A DNA stretch of 64,000 bases from Takakia lepidozioides (taxonomy: Eukaryota; Plantae; Bryophyta): the NCBI GenBank assembly GCA_030704615.1, contig CM060731.1, positions 86,304,001-86,368,000 of the forward strand. The letters run 5' to 3'. Positions within the stretch are counted from its first letter, which is position 1. Every line of letters starts with the position of its first letter. Below the pieces are notes generated by a model. That model saw only the letters and a list, made by a program, of their open reading frames with translations. It did no database searches and was not told the DNA's origin. Shown one piece after another: positions 24,421-38,035 of this stretch. The position numbers and the translations under genes are program-made.

Positions 24421-27064
24421 ACCCCCCACCTCCCCCCCTTGAAAACCCGAGCTCCCGAGAGGTAAAATATAAGGAAATTACCCCGCCTTGGTATGCCTCA
24501 TCGTCGCAGGGTGAAAAACCTCTCATGGGAAAACCTTGTGGGATAAAACCCATGAGCAGGAAAACCTTTCGGAATGAACATGTTGGAATATCATGCCAAA
24601 CTAGCCTAAATTTGGAACTACAAAAAGTCTATTGAACGGAATACTCAAGAAGGAGAAGGCTCCAAAGTACATGATTTTCTCGGAGTAAGCTCCACCATCT
24701 TGCCCTCTACATTAATACAAGTCAAATCAAAGACCAATTCGGAATGGATCAGATCCGTAAGTGCCACCGGCTCCTCGTGAGCTTGAGTATTACGCCCCTG
24801 TGGCAAGATCAAGGCCTCAGCAAAGAAGAATTGAGCAACCGAGTCAGAATCCTTGGTGACCAAAGGACAGACTTCTACCAATTTAGTCAAGTAGTCTGTA
24901 GCTACACAAAGATAGCTATGTCCCTTTGACGTGAGCGCGAGAGGTCCCACCAAGTCCAAACCAACACGAGCAAAAGCTTGTGTCACAGGCAAAGGTTGCA
25001 ACTCATAAGTGACCCCCCACCCTAGGAAGTGCAAGGTCAGAGCGACATGCCTCATACTTGGAAACATAGGCTGTCACATCACGTTGAATCCCCTACCAAT
25101 AATACATTTCTTGTATGCGGGCAATGGTCTTCTTCATCCCAAGATGGCCTGCATCTGATTTAATTTTGTCTTCCCCTCTTCTCCTCTTTTCTCCTCTGTT
25201 TGCTGCTTCCCTCTCCTGCCTTGCGTCGCATCCTTCCACAGCTCAGCTTACCTACTCCCCCATTTTTTGTGCTAGCCACCCAGTCATGAAGGTTCAGACT
25301 TGGTCGTCTGTGGAGCCGCTTTTTGCCTATGCAAGTTCCTGCAGTCACTCTTCCTTTCCAATTGTCTGGGGCTTCCAAGCTGACCCCTACTAACATTGAT
25401 TTCAGAATCCTTGTCTTTTATTCTCAGCTATCAAATCATGACTTTGTCATGGGCTGCTACATCATGCTGCCTTGACTTGGTCCCTCACTTCTTGGAACAC
25501 CAGAGATATCGGGTCGGATGCCTCCATGCCTAAACGACGACAAATTCAGAGATGGGCTTCTTCTCGGATCTCCTCCAATTCTATTGTTTTCTTGCAATAA
25601 CATAAGGCTTCAGCTTAATGCTAGGAAAATTGCGGCGTTGAGTTCTTCGCTGTGGCCTTGCTCTTCCTCATGGTGGAACTGGACCGTTATGGACTCCCGA
25701 GGTGGCACGGCCATTCTTCTCTCGCCGTCTATTGCGAATTCTTTCCATTGTGTGGAAACCTGGCTACTTGGTAGGGTCCAGTGCCCCATGTAGAGCACAA
25801 TCCCACATATACAAGGGAATTACTGTGTTATGGGAATCTATACTTTGCCCAAAAGATGAGTGGCACAAAAGAAGATGCTTACTTGGTCAGAGCTCTAAAT
25901 GCGGTGTGCATAATCTTCCTCTCTGTCCGGTTGAAGTTGCTAGATCTGGTACTTTTTTGGTGGAATGGAAAAGATTTGCCACTATGTCTAAAGCAGGAAA
26001 ACCTTTGAAGAAACTAACCTTGGTTTACAAGAAGACAAGCTCAAAGGAGTTTTTGGACTACTTTGAGCCCAAATTGCACAATTTTGTGAAGCACAACTTT
26101 GTAGCTCCCAATATAATAAGCTTCTAGGCTGAAAACATCAAGGTTGTGAGCAATCAAGGCTTCTACTTGTCTCCTCTGATCATCATCCAACAGAGGATTG
26201 AGCTTGATCTCACTGAGGACCTTGGCAAGATTCTCTTTCTCTTGCCCATTGAGTTTGATTTTGAGGTTTACGGGAGGAACAGAGTTGCTGGAAAAGGCAG
26301 TGACCAGATCAGCCTGATCATGGACAATGCCCAAGGCCTCAAGACCAAAGCTAGGTTGGACTTCATTATTGTCAGCAACGGGACGGAAATTCTGGCCAAC
26401 ACTTGCCTTTCTTAATTGTCACAGGAAACCGCTCAGGATTGGCCACAAGGAGTTTTACTTCTTCCTTTTAACCTCTTTCTATGACTCCAGTAACAAGGCA
26501 ATGCTTCAGGGTTGTGAGACTGCGCCAGCCATCTATTTCTAAGTAGTGACCGTTGGGACAAAGGTAGCCAACTGCGTGTTGACTACCTTTGACACATGGA
26601 GGAAATGGTGATATCACAGGGAGCTCTAATCAAGGTGTTGTTTTTTTGAACCACAATTCGGGCTCCTGATCTCTGACCAAAACTGGGCACATGCCATTCA
26701 TACATCAAAGCAAGATCAGGTTTGTACTTGTAAAAACCCAACCAGCTCATGTTGTCCTGGGATTTTTGTCTTACCTCTCTTACCATTGCTTGAGAGAGAT
26801 TGGCAGCAACATTCCTGTAGGCATCGAGACAGCCTTTAGAGGCACAACCACCTCATGGCCCTCTCCATTGGGAAACCGCATGGAATTGTCCACAAGGTTA
26901 ATGGTGGCCTTGGCCCCTAACATCCAATCCAAATCCAACAGGAACTGATCTCCTACTGTAACTATGCAAGTGACCATAACCTCATCCTTATGAATCCGGA
27001 TAGGCACTGTGACCAGACCCAAGGGGCAACATTGACAGTTGTCCCTAAAAATGACATTTAACAA
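24421..27064 (-). mobile_element. Degraded Ty3/Gypsy pol fragments (protease, integrase) with PPT/LTR junction near 24421-24440
   Basis: Integrase ELQPLPV..FARVGLDLVGPL..SKGHSYLCVATDYLTK (24810-25010); protease-like FLLDLDWM (26920-26945); purine run AAGGGGGGGAGGTGGGGGG then TGTC on the minus strand. Confidence 0.7.
25760..26110 (+). pseudogene. DNA-transposase fragment (Sola2-like CxxGxCxxC ... HxF region) embedded in the Gypsy remnant
   Basis: CLLGQSSKCGVHNLPLCP..VEWKRF..KKLTLVYK..EFLDYFEPKLHNFVKHNFVA; truncated before the catalytic core. Confidence 0.45.
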
Positions 27065-27697
27065 ACAAATATGAAAATTGGAATCAAAATATTTTGTATT
27101 TTCACCTCAATAGAAAATCATAATAATAAATTATATGCAGGAATAAATATGGAAAAAGAAAATTGAATATGATGGAATTGGAGGGACAAATTTGAAGAGA
27201 ACTAAATGTAATGGATTTTTTTCCCTTTTTTCCCCTTTTTTAAGGGAAACATTTGGGAGCGACAGATCTTAATGAGATCCATCTGCAATAGCAACCTCCA
27301 TGCCATTGACAAGGCTAAGTTTGAAACCCAACACTCTCACAATCTACAAAAGAATGGCAAACATGGTGCATCCCGTGTCTATCACATAGGGAAAGCTCAA
27401 ATGATGAACATGGCATTGAGTGATCAATGGGTTGATCTCCTGCACATGACTCTTCCTTGTCAACTCACAATGCATGGCTTTGAAATTAGTGGACAACATG
27501 ACTCTCTTCCTGTTCTGATCAACAGGGTGCTTCCTCTTATGATCTCTTGCCCCTTGTCCAAGAGATCTAGGCTAGTTTAAATTTCCAGAGGCCTGAGCAG
27601 CCTAAGAGGTGACACTGGAGGATTTGCCCTTGACATAGCAGAAAAACCAAGAAGTTCTGGGCAAACCTTTGTATGATGTTCTATGCTGCCACACAAT

Positions 27698-28335
27698 GAC
27701 GTCGGAAAGTCGCACCCACATCGGTCCGATGTCGCTCCCAGAACGTCGCAAAATAACAACCTAGGGGAATCGCTAATCCCTCGGGTCCCCCTGGCCACGA
27801 CCAGCGACGGCGGAATGTCGTCGCCCCTCCAGGGCGTCGCAATATGGCGACTCCCGGGAGTCGCAACAAAGGGCAAGGAGGGGGGTCCATCCCTCCCCCT
27901 GCGTCATGGGGCAGTCGCAAGGACGTCGCCCAACCCCAGAAATAGCCACGCGCCGGCGTCGCTGGCACGTCGCACCCCGGACATTAAACCCCCCTCTCTG
28001 CGATGCCCGGACATCACAGATGGGGTCTATTCTGCCTAGGGGACTGGCGACGCCCGGGAATCGCCATGACATCGCTGCCATCTGGGGGCGTCGCTAGACC
28101 CCCATGGGTAGGGAGGTTCTCTGGCGACGCCCGGGAATCGCACGGACGTCGCAGCCCCCGGGGGCGGTCGCTAGCTCCATGGGAGGGCACGTTCTTATGC
28201 GACTCCCTGGAGTCGCAACAACGTCGCAGCCCCTGGGCGGCGTCTCTAGCTCCACGATGGCGTGGTTCTGCTATGACTCCTGGGAATCGCAAGAGCGTCG
28301 CTGGTCGCCCCCGGCCGTCGCGCCGGCGTCGCTGG
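27698..28335. repeat. Subterminal palindromic repeat field (GCGACnCCCGGGAnTCGC, GACGTCGC)
   Basis: Many direct and inverted GCGAC/GTCGC units, e.g. the perfect palindrome GCGACTCCCGGGAGTCGC at 27847-27864; the motif recurs at 33445-33503. Confidence 0.8.
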
Positions 28336-29299
28336 GTGGGTGGGTAGGAGGGTAGCCAACTGCTATTTGGGGTGGGGTTTTGGGGTTTTTTTTTCGTTTG
28401 GGGGGGGCGTTGGGTGTGGGGTTTTCTTGGGGGTTGGGGTGTGCCTCGTGCTTGCAAGAATTGCATGCATTCTAATCTATAGGTCGACACACCAAATCCA
28501 CATGTCTATTAAGGTTAGAATGAGGATCAAATTTGCAACTGAAAATATATATACATAAAGCGAGTACTACATGTACATGTCTCTAACTGGGAACCATCCC
28601 TCACTCCTCATCACCTGAGTCATAGGTGTACTCGTCCAAGGAATGCAAGCTACGTTGGGCCTCCAATTTGGAGGATGATGAGGCCGTGTCCGAGATTACA
28701 TCATCCTTCGAACCACCCCCTACTACTGGCTCTCCCCCATCCGGCCGAGCCACTAAACTACCCATCCCCACCCCTACAGATGCATTATCCTCCGTCAATT
28801 GTGGCGTCTTGGCCATTGAGGCTACAAGGGCCTTCCACCCCTGAGTCTTGCAAAAGTTGTGCTCGATGGCGGAGGGAGGCCTCTGAAACTTCTTTTTCTG
28901 CACATAACATACAAATGCAATGACAGGTCAGAATTCATAATGGAAGGGAGAAGCTAAAAAAGAAGAATGGGTATGACAAGAGAAAGAACACTTACGAATC
29001 GGGTGACAAAACTCTTGCTTCCGCCAGGGCCCCACTTGTGTGTTGATTCCGCACACTTCTCGAGGCGGGTTGCAGTTGCCGCACGTCCCTTGCGAAGATC
29101 TCCGCCTTCAGCTCTTCCCTCTCCCCTGCGATGAGAGCCTCCCAAGATTCCTGTCTAGCCCCAACAAAGACACTATAAATGTTAATGAACTCCATACCGC
29201 AATGAACATGCATTCAAAGACGCCAATGACAATTGAAGTGCGTCTCACCTTGGTTATTCCATGTGGCATGGTCGTTGGTTCGACCCCTGCCTTGCACCC

Positions 29300-32200
29300 A
29301 CCCCAAATTTTATTTTATTTTTTATTTTTTTCCCCCTTCAACAGTCCCTCTCTCTCCCTCTCTCTCCACATCTTCATGGGACAGAGGGAGAGATGAGGGA
29401 AAAGAGGGAGAGAGAGGGACAGAGGGACAGAGAGAGATGATTTTTTTTTATTTTTTTTTATTTTTCCCCTCATCACTCCCTCTCTCTCCCTCTCTCCCTC
29501 TCTCTCCACATCGTGATGGGATAGAGGGAGAGAGAGGGAGAGAGGAATAGAGGCAGCGAGGGAGAGAGGGACTGTTGAGGGGGGGGGAAGGGGGGGTGAG
29601 GAGGCAGTTGCTCCAGTCACTTCCCCACACCCCCACAGTTTTTTTTTTTTTTTTCCCCCTCAACAGTCCCTCTCTCTCCACATCCTGATGGGACAAAGGG
29701 AGACAGAGGGACAGAGGGACAGAGGGAGAGAGAGTGAGAGAGGGAGAGAGTGGGAGAGATAAGGGAAGAAAAATAAAAAAGAAGGTTGGGAGGGGGGGGG
29801 GGAGTGACTCAGCAGCTACTGCTGCTCAGTCACTTCCCCCCCCCCCCCCCACCTTTTCATTTTTTGTTTTTGGAATGGTGGGGGGTGCTGAGAGCAGCTT
29901 GCTGCTACTGGTCTTAGCCCCCCCCCGACCTTTCATTTTCTGTTTTGGCAATGGTGGGGGGCGCTGAGAGCTGCAGCAGCAAGTACTTGCTGCTGCTGCT
30001 GCTCTCAGTCCCCCCACCTTTTTTTATTTGCTTTTTGGAATGGTGGGGGGCTGACAGCAGCAGCAAGTGCTAGTGCTCTCAGCCCCCCCCCCCCCTTCTC
30101 TTTTTTGCTTATCAGCAGAGATAGATGGAGAAGGACATAAAGATAGAGGGAGAGGGAGAGAGGGGAAGGGGGAGGGTCAAGCCTTGTTTGTTTTTGGCGT
30201 GTGAAATCACACGGTAGTAGTGTTGTGGGCGCAGGGATAAGCTCGTAGTATGGCGAAGGACAAGGAGAAGGGGCCACCGAAGGACAAGGAGAAGGCGCCG
30301 CCGAAGGAGCAGAAATCGCCTGCCGCTAAGGTAGGGAAGCCTGACAACGCTCCCGTCACTGATGGCCGTGTGACACGGTCCACTTGGTCCAAACCACCAG
30401 CTCTATAGGTGGCTATGTGAGAGGACCAAGCCGTAAGGCCGTCGAGGCCTCCATGCCCCCGAAAGAGGCTGGGGATGAGCCTCCACTTGAGGGTGGTGCA
30501 CCCAATGTTCAGGCTGGGACGCCACCCCACGGGCTGATGGAGGGCCCCGACTTTTACGCGGGGAAGCGCATTCTCAGATCTGGCGCCAGGTATGGGCAAC
30601 TTGCTCTTAGCCCCACCGCCAATGCCTTTTCCCCTTCTTCTGCAGCCAAGAGGCCTTATAAGGGGGGGGGCTCGGAAGGGGGTGGGTTCCTCCTCACCTT
30701 GGGAGAAGAGGGAGGCTTCAAAGGAGGCCGCAATGAGGTGGAAGGAGGAGGAAAGGAAGAGGGAGGAAGACAAGAAGAGGGAAGAGGGAAATAAGGGGGC
30801 AAGGGAAAGGGATGGGGAAGAGGAGAGGGTGACACTGGCTTTGGAGGGCCCCTTGCAAAGTCCGTCGCCTGAACGGTCAATGAAGAAGACCCTGGACTTT
30901 GGGGCACCGCCTGTGAGCCTATTGGGTGCATGGGATAGGCTTCCACCCTTATTCCGAGAGGGCGTTATGGGGGGTACAAGCGGGGACCGAGGGCAACATT
31001 GAGGTCATGCAGGCAAAGGTGAGCCTCTTTCCTTCACCTTTTTTTTTCTTTCCTTTGCCTTTCATTTTGTTTCTGGTTTGCTTCTAATTTTGTGGGTTTT
31101 GTGTTCAGGAGCTTGGGGCATTCGTGGCTAAGCTTGTGGCAGGCAGTGGGATTGCCACCAACAAAGCAGGGACAGTGGTGGTGCCTACCCATGGGGATGG
31201 TAAGAGGAAGAGGAAAAGACGTCGTGTCCCCGAGGTTCCCCTAATTATCAAGGAGGGTAGGGAAGTAGTGGAGGGGAAGGGGAAGGGGAAAGGACAGCCA
31301 GGAGAGGGAGCGTAAGAGAAAGAGGCGTAGAAGGAGAGAGGTGCAGCCGGGGGAGGGCACTAGTGGGGGAACAAAAGACAAGGGGGAGCTAGTTCAGATG
31401 AGCGTGCAGCCGGTGGAGGGCACTAGCAGGGCAACAAAAGACAAGGGAGAGGTAGTTCAGAAGAGCGTGGATGAGGTAAAGACCTCGGGTCCCCGCAACC
31501 TTGATTTGCCAAAGATGAAGGTGCCCCCCTTAGAGACCAATATGGTCGGTGACCCCATTGGTGAGTATTGGGAGGCCATGAAAAAAGTAGCCTTCGACTT
31601 GGCGGCGAGGTGGTTCCCTTGGCATATTGATTGGCCACGCCAATCACATTGTCATAGGCGAGCATTCGTACAAGCACTTGAGGGCACATTTCTGGGTGAG
31701 TGGAATGAGGGGAAGCTCTTGCAGCTAGTAGGAAAGAACCTCAAGGACAAGAGGTACCGTGCGCGACAAACCATTCGCAAGGCACTGATGCCAAAAGCGG
31801 CATCATGAGCGGTCGCAAACAATGTTGTTGCAGTAAGGCGATTTGATCCTCGGGGAGGATCGTTCCTTGGCCTTGAAGTGGGCCACGAAGAGTGCACTTG
31901 GTGAAGCTTGAGAGGCTCCACCTTTGGCCAGGACTTGGAGCTGCTGCTGCTCAGTCACTCCCCCACCGCCCCACCTTTTGTTTTTCTTTTTTTTCCCTCA
32001 ACAGTCTCTCTCTCTCTCCTTCGCTCTCTCTGTCCCTCTCTCCCTCTTTTCCCGCATCTCTCCCTCTGTCCCATTAGGATGTGAAGAGAGAGGGAGAGAG
32101 GGAGTGATGAGGGAAAAAACAAAAAAAAAACAGGTGGAGGGAAAAGAGATGAGGGAAAAGAGGGAGAGAGAGGGAGAGAGGGAGAGATGAGCTGCTCAGT

Positions 32201-32761
32201 CACTCCCCCCTACCTTTTTTTTTTTTTTTTCCTCATTTCTCCGTCTCTCTCCTCCATCTGTCCTTGTCCCTCTGCTGCTCACAAAAAAAAAAAACAGAGA
32301 GGGGCTGAGCTGCTACTGCTCACACCCCCCCCCCCCCCCCCCACCTTTTTTTTTATTTTCTTGGCCCCCTCTATCCCTCTCCCTCCCTCTCTCCCGTTTG
32401 TCCCTCTCCCTCTCTCTCCCTCATTATCCCTCTCTCTCCTTCTCCTTTGTGCAGGTCCCAAGAAAAAAAGTTAAATCTCTCCCTCTCTTTCTCTCTCTCC
32501 CTCTCTTTCCATGAAATTGAAACTGAAGAACATTTCTTCTATGTCTATATATACTATGAGATCTGGGGGGATTCCACTGTATACTCCGTGGAACCCAAAC
32601 TCTCACTGAAATCTCTCACTATGAAGATCAAAAAATGCATGGCTGCTTACCTGTAGTTGGGCGCCTCACGCAGCAGCTCCTTCACGCTGGCGCTCCGCCA
32701 CCAGGTCGCGGGGGCGCGCGCCTCGCTCAAACAACAACAACAAACAACAACAAAAACAAAC

Positions 32762-32796
<35 letters not shown>

Positions 32797-33310
32797 GAGG
32801 GAGAGAATTGAGGGAGAGAGATAAGGGCGAGAGGGAGAGTGAGAGCTAAGAGGGAGAATGAGAGAGGAGAGAGAAGGAGAGGGAGGGCAACTCCCTCACG
32901 CGGCCAGCTTTCACGCTGGCGGTCCCTCCCGCGGCGCTGGTGTTCGGCTGGCGCTCCACCAGCAGGTCGCGGGGGCGCGCGCTACCAGCTCACTCAAATA
33001 GCAAAAAAAAAACAAAAAAAACAAAAAAAGAGGGAGAGAGAGAGCGAGAGAGAGAGTGAGGGAGAGGGATTAGGGCAAGATGGAGAGTGAGAGAGAGGGC
33101 GCGCGAGGGTTTGAACGTCGTGGTGCGTTAAGCTACGTCACCGCCGCAGAAAATGCTCGGCGCGCGGGGTAGGGGTAGGTGCACCCGGGAGAGCTCGAGA
33201 GCAAAAATAAACAAAGTAGGGATGGAGGGAGGGGAGGGAGGAAGAGTGAGAGGAGGAGGGTGAGGGAGGGAGAGAGATCAGATAGAGAGATTGAGAGGGG
33301 GGAGTGAGAG
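29300..33310. repeat. Low-complexity AG/CT, poly-A and poly-C tracts with internally duplicated segments
   Basis: (GA)-rich runs; GCTGCTCAGTCACT(C)n repeated at ~29821, 31945 and 32191; long poly-A at 32763-32795. Confidence 0.8.
30250..31900 (+). pseudogene. Putative CACTA accessory (TnpA-like) gene remnant
   Basis: Low-complexity N-terminus, a likely intron (~31019-31108), then EYWEAMKK..RWFPWHIDW..LKDKRYRAR; several stops. The call rests mainly on context. Confidence 0.4.
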
Positions 33311-35689
33311 GCGGTCGATGCAGCCGCCGCGGCCCGCCAATGTGGCGACCCCACCGGAAACCTCGGCGGCAATCAGGCGCCTTCGCGAAGGGGAGAGAGA
33401 AGGGGAGAGAAGGGCGGCCACCTTGGCAAAGAGGAGGATCCGCTGCGACATTGGGGAATCGCACGGGCGTCGCTGCATCAAGGGGACGTCGCACGGCAGT
33501 CGCAGTGGAGACGCAGATCTGGCGCAGAAGTGAGTTGAAGAGGCCTCTCACTTTATTTTTTTTTTTTTGGTTTTTTTGGGTTATGGGGTTTTGCAAGGAT
33601 CATTTGGGTTTTGGGTCTTTGGCTCTTAGGGTTTTTAAGGGTTACATAGTTTAGTTTAGGTAGTTATAATATAATTAGTTTAGGATAGCTGCAGTATAGT
33701 TTTTTTTTGGTTTCATTTTTTGTGGGGTGGGGACATATGGACATATGGTTACGTTTGTAGGGTTTTTTTTTTCAAGTTTTCCAAGGGTTGGGAGTGTAAC
33801 TCCTCCGGAGGTACAGTGGGTCACAAATACGGTAATCTACCTCTCTCTCGTGCTAGGTCATGCCGCGGTGTTTATCGACGTGTCCGCTTGAGGATCGTTG
33901 CCGGCCGTGCCACAACCACCTGCTGAGGGCGAGACAGCACGTTAGGCCTTGTACGAGTTAGGTGGCATCGCCATGTCCGCACAGCTTTGCCCCACGGCCA
34001 CCACCCCAAGGTCGTAGGCCGCCGAGTCCAGAGGCACGAGCCCGGGGAGACCCCGCCGAGGGACCGCCTCCCAAGATTGAGTGTTGGTGCAGTGGTGTTG
34101 GGCACGACTACCGGTGGGGACCACCCCCCGATGATGCGGCGACCCCATGTTGTGCAAAAACATTACGCCAAGTACGAGATTGTTGATGCAGCAAAGGTAA
34201 GTCGTCCTCATATCTTCTCACGTACTCCTCAATTAACAGTTACTATATCTAATGAAACCTCGCGTTTGTGAATTGAAGTATTGATGCATTTCATATCATG
34301 CGGCTTGCAGCGACCTGTCTGTGATTGTCCAAGCTCGCAATTTTTTTGCTGAAGCGGCATACCGATGCGGGTTTTTCCTTCTTACGAGCCCCCACTCCCG
34401 TTCCGGAATGTGAACATTTTTCTCGCAACATGACGTAGATGCATGTGTTTGTGGGGGTAGCGGGGTAGCGGGTGACATGGTTTTTTTCTATTTTTGGGCA
34501 CACCGGGCTAGGCGCTTGCCAACTACACACACAACATCGTCATCTCGACATCGGCACCCCATCATCACCATCATCCGCATCGTCCGTTCCGCTATTGTAG
34601 ATGGTCTTTCCTCATCACCATTGCCATCCGAGTCCCTCATACCAACCGGCTACGTGTCCCTTCCCCTCCATTGCCGAGACCACAGCCGCCCACGAGTCCG
34701 TATCCGGGTCCTCCGGCAAAACCTGGATGGAGCCCACCACCTTTGGGGACTATGTATGACTGGGGACCGATGGATCACTAGGTTCCCACTCCAGGAGAAT
34801 GGCCCCCGAAGTGAGGGAGGGCGCCGCGCCCCTAGGAGAGGTCGACCGAAGTTGTTTCACACGGTTGGTCCGCGCCTTCTGCCGGCCTGATGACGGCACC
34901 TAATCATCGTGTGTCTAGGGAGCTATTCACGATGGGAGTCCAACCCCATTCTACCAATGTCTTTGGGTGCCTTGTCCAGTTCCGATCCCGAGGTGAGCCC
35001 TTTCTTTGTGGGGGTCCCATGTATTGCGTGATGGAGGCAATGGACCCTAGTATGGGTCGCGGAATTTTTTTATGGAGGATGTAGTTTTGGGGGAGGAGAG
35101 GATTATGTGGATTCGTTCCCCTATTTTGGGCCAAGGTACACCCATCCGGGGAGTGGCAATTTATTGCAGACACACGGCCTTGGGTCCTTGATCCCTCCTT
35201 ACATTCTTGTTGTGAACGACAATGATGTAAGGGCGACATTGAGGCGACTTCCTCCACCGTGTATATATATACATAGGCATTGATGTGTATTTGGAGCAAT
35301 TTTCACGTGCTAGCTTCAGGGGAGTTTGCGGTGGAGTTTATGTGAATTTGGGTATTTTGAATTATATCGTGTGCCTCATGTGGTGGAAGCAAGTATGTAT
35401 TCCCTCGTGTGTATAATGTGAACTTTGGGTTTTATCCGTATGATAATGAACAACGCCATGTATGGAAACTGATAATGACATGGTGTTTTTGGCATCTTAG
35501 GATGTCGGTCACAACCACGACATTAATTCATGAAGTTCTGATCTGTCATGAACCGGAATTTTGTTCTTTCGGAGGGGGGTGCGTATCAAAGGGACCCGAC
35601 CCCGTCTGAAATGGCGGTCTCCGATGATGAGGACAACAATGACATGGTATATGCATGAGGATGTAGGTGGTAAGCACGGGAGGACCTCT

Positions 35690-36792
35690 TTATGCATCAG
35701 ATGGTAGATGGGAACACAGACTCTTTGAATGACATGGAAAAAGAAGCCAAACTCCCATACGAAGGGGCCAAAGTGAGTAGACTTTCAACCATCTTGTTGT
35801 TGCTGAATTTGCAAATCCTGTTTGGCATATAAGCATGTGGGTTATGTCCGCCATAATGCGGATATTGCGGATACATCCTTGCCCACATTTGAGGCCGAGA
35901 ATGCCACGATCAAGAAAAGAGGCAAGAGAGTTGGATGCTGTGGGGATGGGATATAGATTTTTCATGCATGTCCACGTGATAAAAACCCTGTACTATGGAG
36001 AGGATTGTGAAACTCACCAAGTGTCCAAAGTGGCAACAAAGACCGATATCGGGATGAATGTTCAAAGGGAAGAAAGCCCCACGCAAGGTATACCCGGCCA
36101 AATACCACTTGTATATTGAGGTTCTACTTGTATATTGCGTTCTACCTTTTTGCAACCGCTACAAGACGTAAGGTTTTACTTAGAGATATGAATGACACTG
36201 ATTATGATATGGGGCCGACATGGGGATGGTGCCAGAAAATGCACTACTTTCCAATCATCCCGCGACTGCAGGCACACTACCGAAGCCCCTCATTGGCACA
36301 ACTGATGAGATGGCACGCCTCGCATCGGAGCCCCCCGGGAAAGGTGTGCGGGCCACAAGATTCACAAGCATGGAGGCATACTGAAGAGATGTGGCCTTTT
36401 CTCTTGGAGGACCCACGACATGTCCGCCTCGGCTTCTCCTCGAATGGGGTCAACCCATACTTTGTCCAGTCATGTAGTCATTCCACTTGGCCGGTGACCA
36501 TGGTGAATTACAACATCCCTCCGTAACTTTCAATAAAAAAAAGGCCACATCATGTTGGCTGCCATTGTACCGGGTGAGTGTTCCCATTTCATGCTTATAT
36601 CTTTGGATTTTACATTAATCTTCTTCTCTTTGGCGCAATTCCGATGGAAGATTGATGAGTGACGTAATCATGTAGTAAGATGTGTCATTCATTATGAAGT
36701 ACAATTAGCATGGTGGAGCATTGAAACAATTAATGGTGTGAATGTTTCATAGGAACAAAAACAAGTGAAAGACATAGACACGTACTCGCGAC
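35690..36792 (+). pseudogene. CACTA transposase (TnpD, Transposase_21-like)
   Basis: EAKLPYEGAKVSRLSTILLLL; PRSRKEA..GMGY; HYFPIIPRLQ..LMRWH..DSQAWRH..DPRHVRLG..NGVNPY..HSTWPV..VNYNIPP; intron; then KQVKDIDTY, cut at 36792. Confidence 0.88.
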
Positions 36793-36880
36793 GGGGGCTA
36801 CTATTTCATGAGCCATGAGCCTTGAGCGGCATGAGCCATGAGCAGAGTCGTAAGTGTCGAAAAAAACATGAGCAGGACTA
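36793..36880 (+). repeat. Left terminal inverted repeat (CATGAGC-rich)
   Basis: Matches the reverse complement of 59660-59738 in several blocks. Confidence 0.8.
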
Positions 36881-37290
36881 TTTTCCGGAAATGAGTGTCC
36901 GCGGGAATAGGGTTTAGGGTGTCACGGTCATAGGGGGAGAAGGACCTCCCGATGAAGGAGGTTCGGCAATGTTTTTTATAATTATATATTGAAAGGCAAT
37001 GTTTCGCGAATGGTAGGGTGGTACTGCTCTGTACAATGGGGGCCCATTTCAGCCTACCAGCCACTTGCAAAATCCACCCACACTCCCAATCCCAAACGAA
37101 ATGAGGAATGATGCATTCTGGGAACGATGGATACAGAATAGAACAAAAAGAGGGCACAATGGGATTTTTATTGATCCACATGAATTGCATTTGAAGCACG
37201 TATACTGTGCTGATTGTGCAAACAAATCTTTAGCCCTATGCCTTCTGAATACAAGTCACGTTGTCAATGGGACTTCGACTGCTCTGAGAA

Positions 37291-37677
37291 CTAGCTCATG
37301 AGTCCATACAATGGAGAAGAGGAGCGCACTCCTTCAGGAGTATAAGTCTCTCCAATGGAGTCCACCCACGTCCATTGGCAACAGTTCCACCGCAACAACA
37401 TAGCAGTGCGCATTCTTCTGCATGGGTGCCCGTCGTAGCTGGGAAAATCGGAATCAAGGATGCGCAGGAGCCACGGACTCCTCAGACCAAGATCGTCACC
37501 CCGCTCGAAGGCGTACTGGCCTGGGATATACTCAAAAGCGGACAATGTTTCCACATTCGAACCAGTATCTTCTGTGTAATCTGTGTACCAGATAACGATG
37601 TCTCCCGATGTGGCCGAATACATTGCATAATCGAAGCCTTCATAAGGGCAGTCGTCCCGGTTCCGGAAGCACGGCAT
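37291..37677 (-). CDS. 128-aa protein of unknown function (DCPYxGxDYAM ... PW ... RWNCCQWT family), copy 1
   Basis: Open ATG-to-stop ORF whose aromatic, Cys and Gly residues are conserved with the paralog at 38036-38607. Confidence 0.6.
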   Translation of the reverse strand: MPCFRNRDDCPYEGFDYAMYSATSGDIVIWYTDYTEDTGSNVETLSAFEYIPGQYAFERGDDLGLRSPWLLRILDSDFPSYDGHPCRRMRTAMLLRWNCCQWTWVDSIGETYTPEGVRSSSPLYGLMS

Positions 37678-38035
37678 CCTTGCAAAGGAGGACCTTAGGA
37701 TGTCTTTGATGCCGATGACAATGACCTTGCGGACAGCAACGAAGCCCTTAGATTTTCAAAATGATGAGAAGCGGAAGAGCAGTGCGGGCTCCAATAATGG
37801 AGCATCTGGGTCACACGTACCCACCAATCATCGTGTAACGTGTTCATCACGCCAGCGGTGGATGAACCGATACCTCTTTCTCATCCACGGGGTATAGTTT
37901 GAAATCTACCACCGAAGTCCATCCCCCGGATGGAAATTCGGCGCCGCATTTACATCGAAGTGCCCTGGAGTGTTTCTGAGGAAAAGCAGCATTTGCTTCA
38001 ACTTCTTCCAGCCACCGCGCTGCTCTTTTTCAAGG

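Larger units (their letters stand above)
27690..36792 (+). mobile_element. CACTA/En-Spm element, decayed and truncated on the right by the TIR element at 36793
   Basis: Subterminal GCGAC/GTCGC repeat field, TnpA-like fragments and a TnpD (Transposase_21-like) pseudogene. No clean CACTA terminus found. Confidence 0.75.

Noticed and set aside
27612-27620. CACTG as the left terminus of the CACTA element
   Set aside because: No matching inverted partner or TSD was found, and it is separated from the repeat field by unrelated sequence.
29233-33654. Many short ORFs in AG/CT-rich DNA
   Set aside because: Low-complexity translations (poly-R/E/S/L/F) with no domain motifs.
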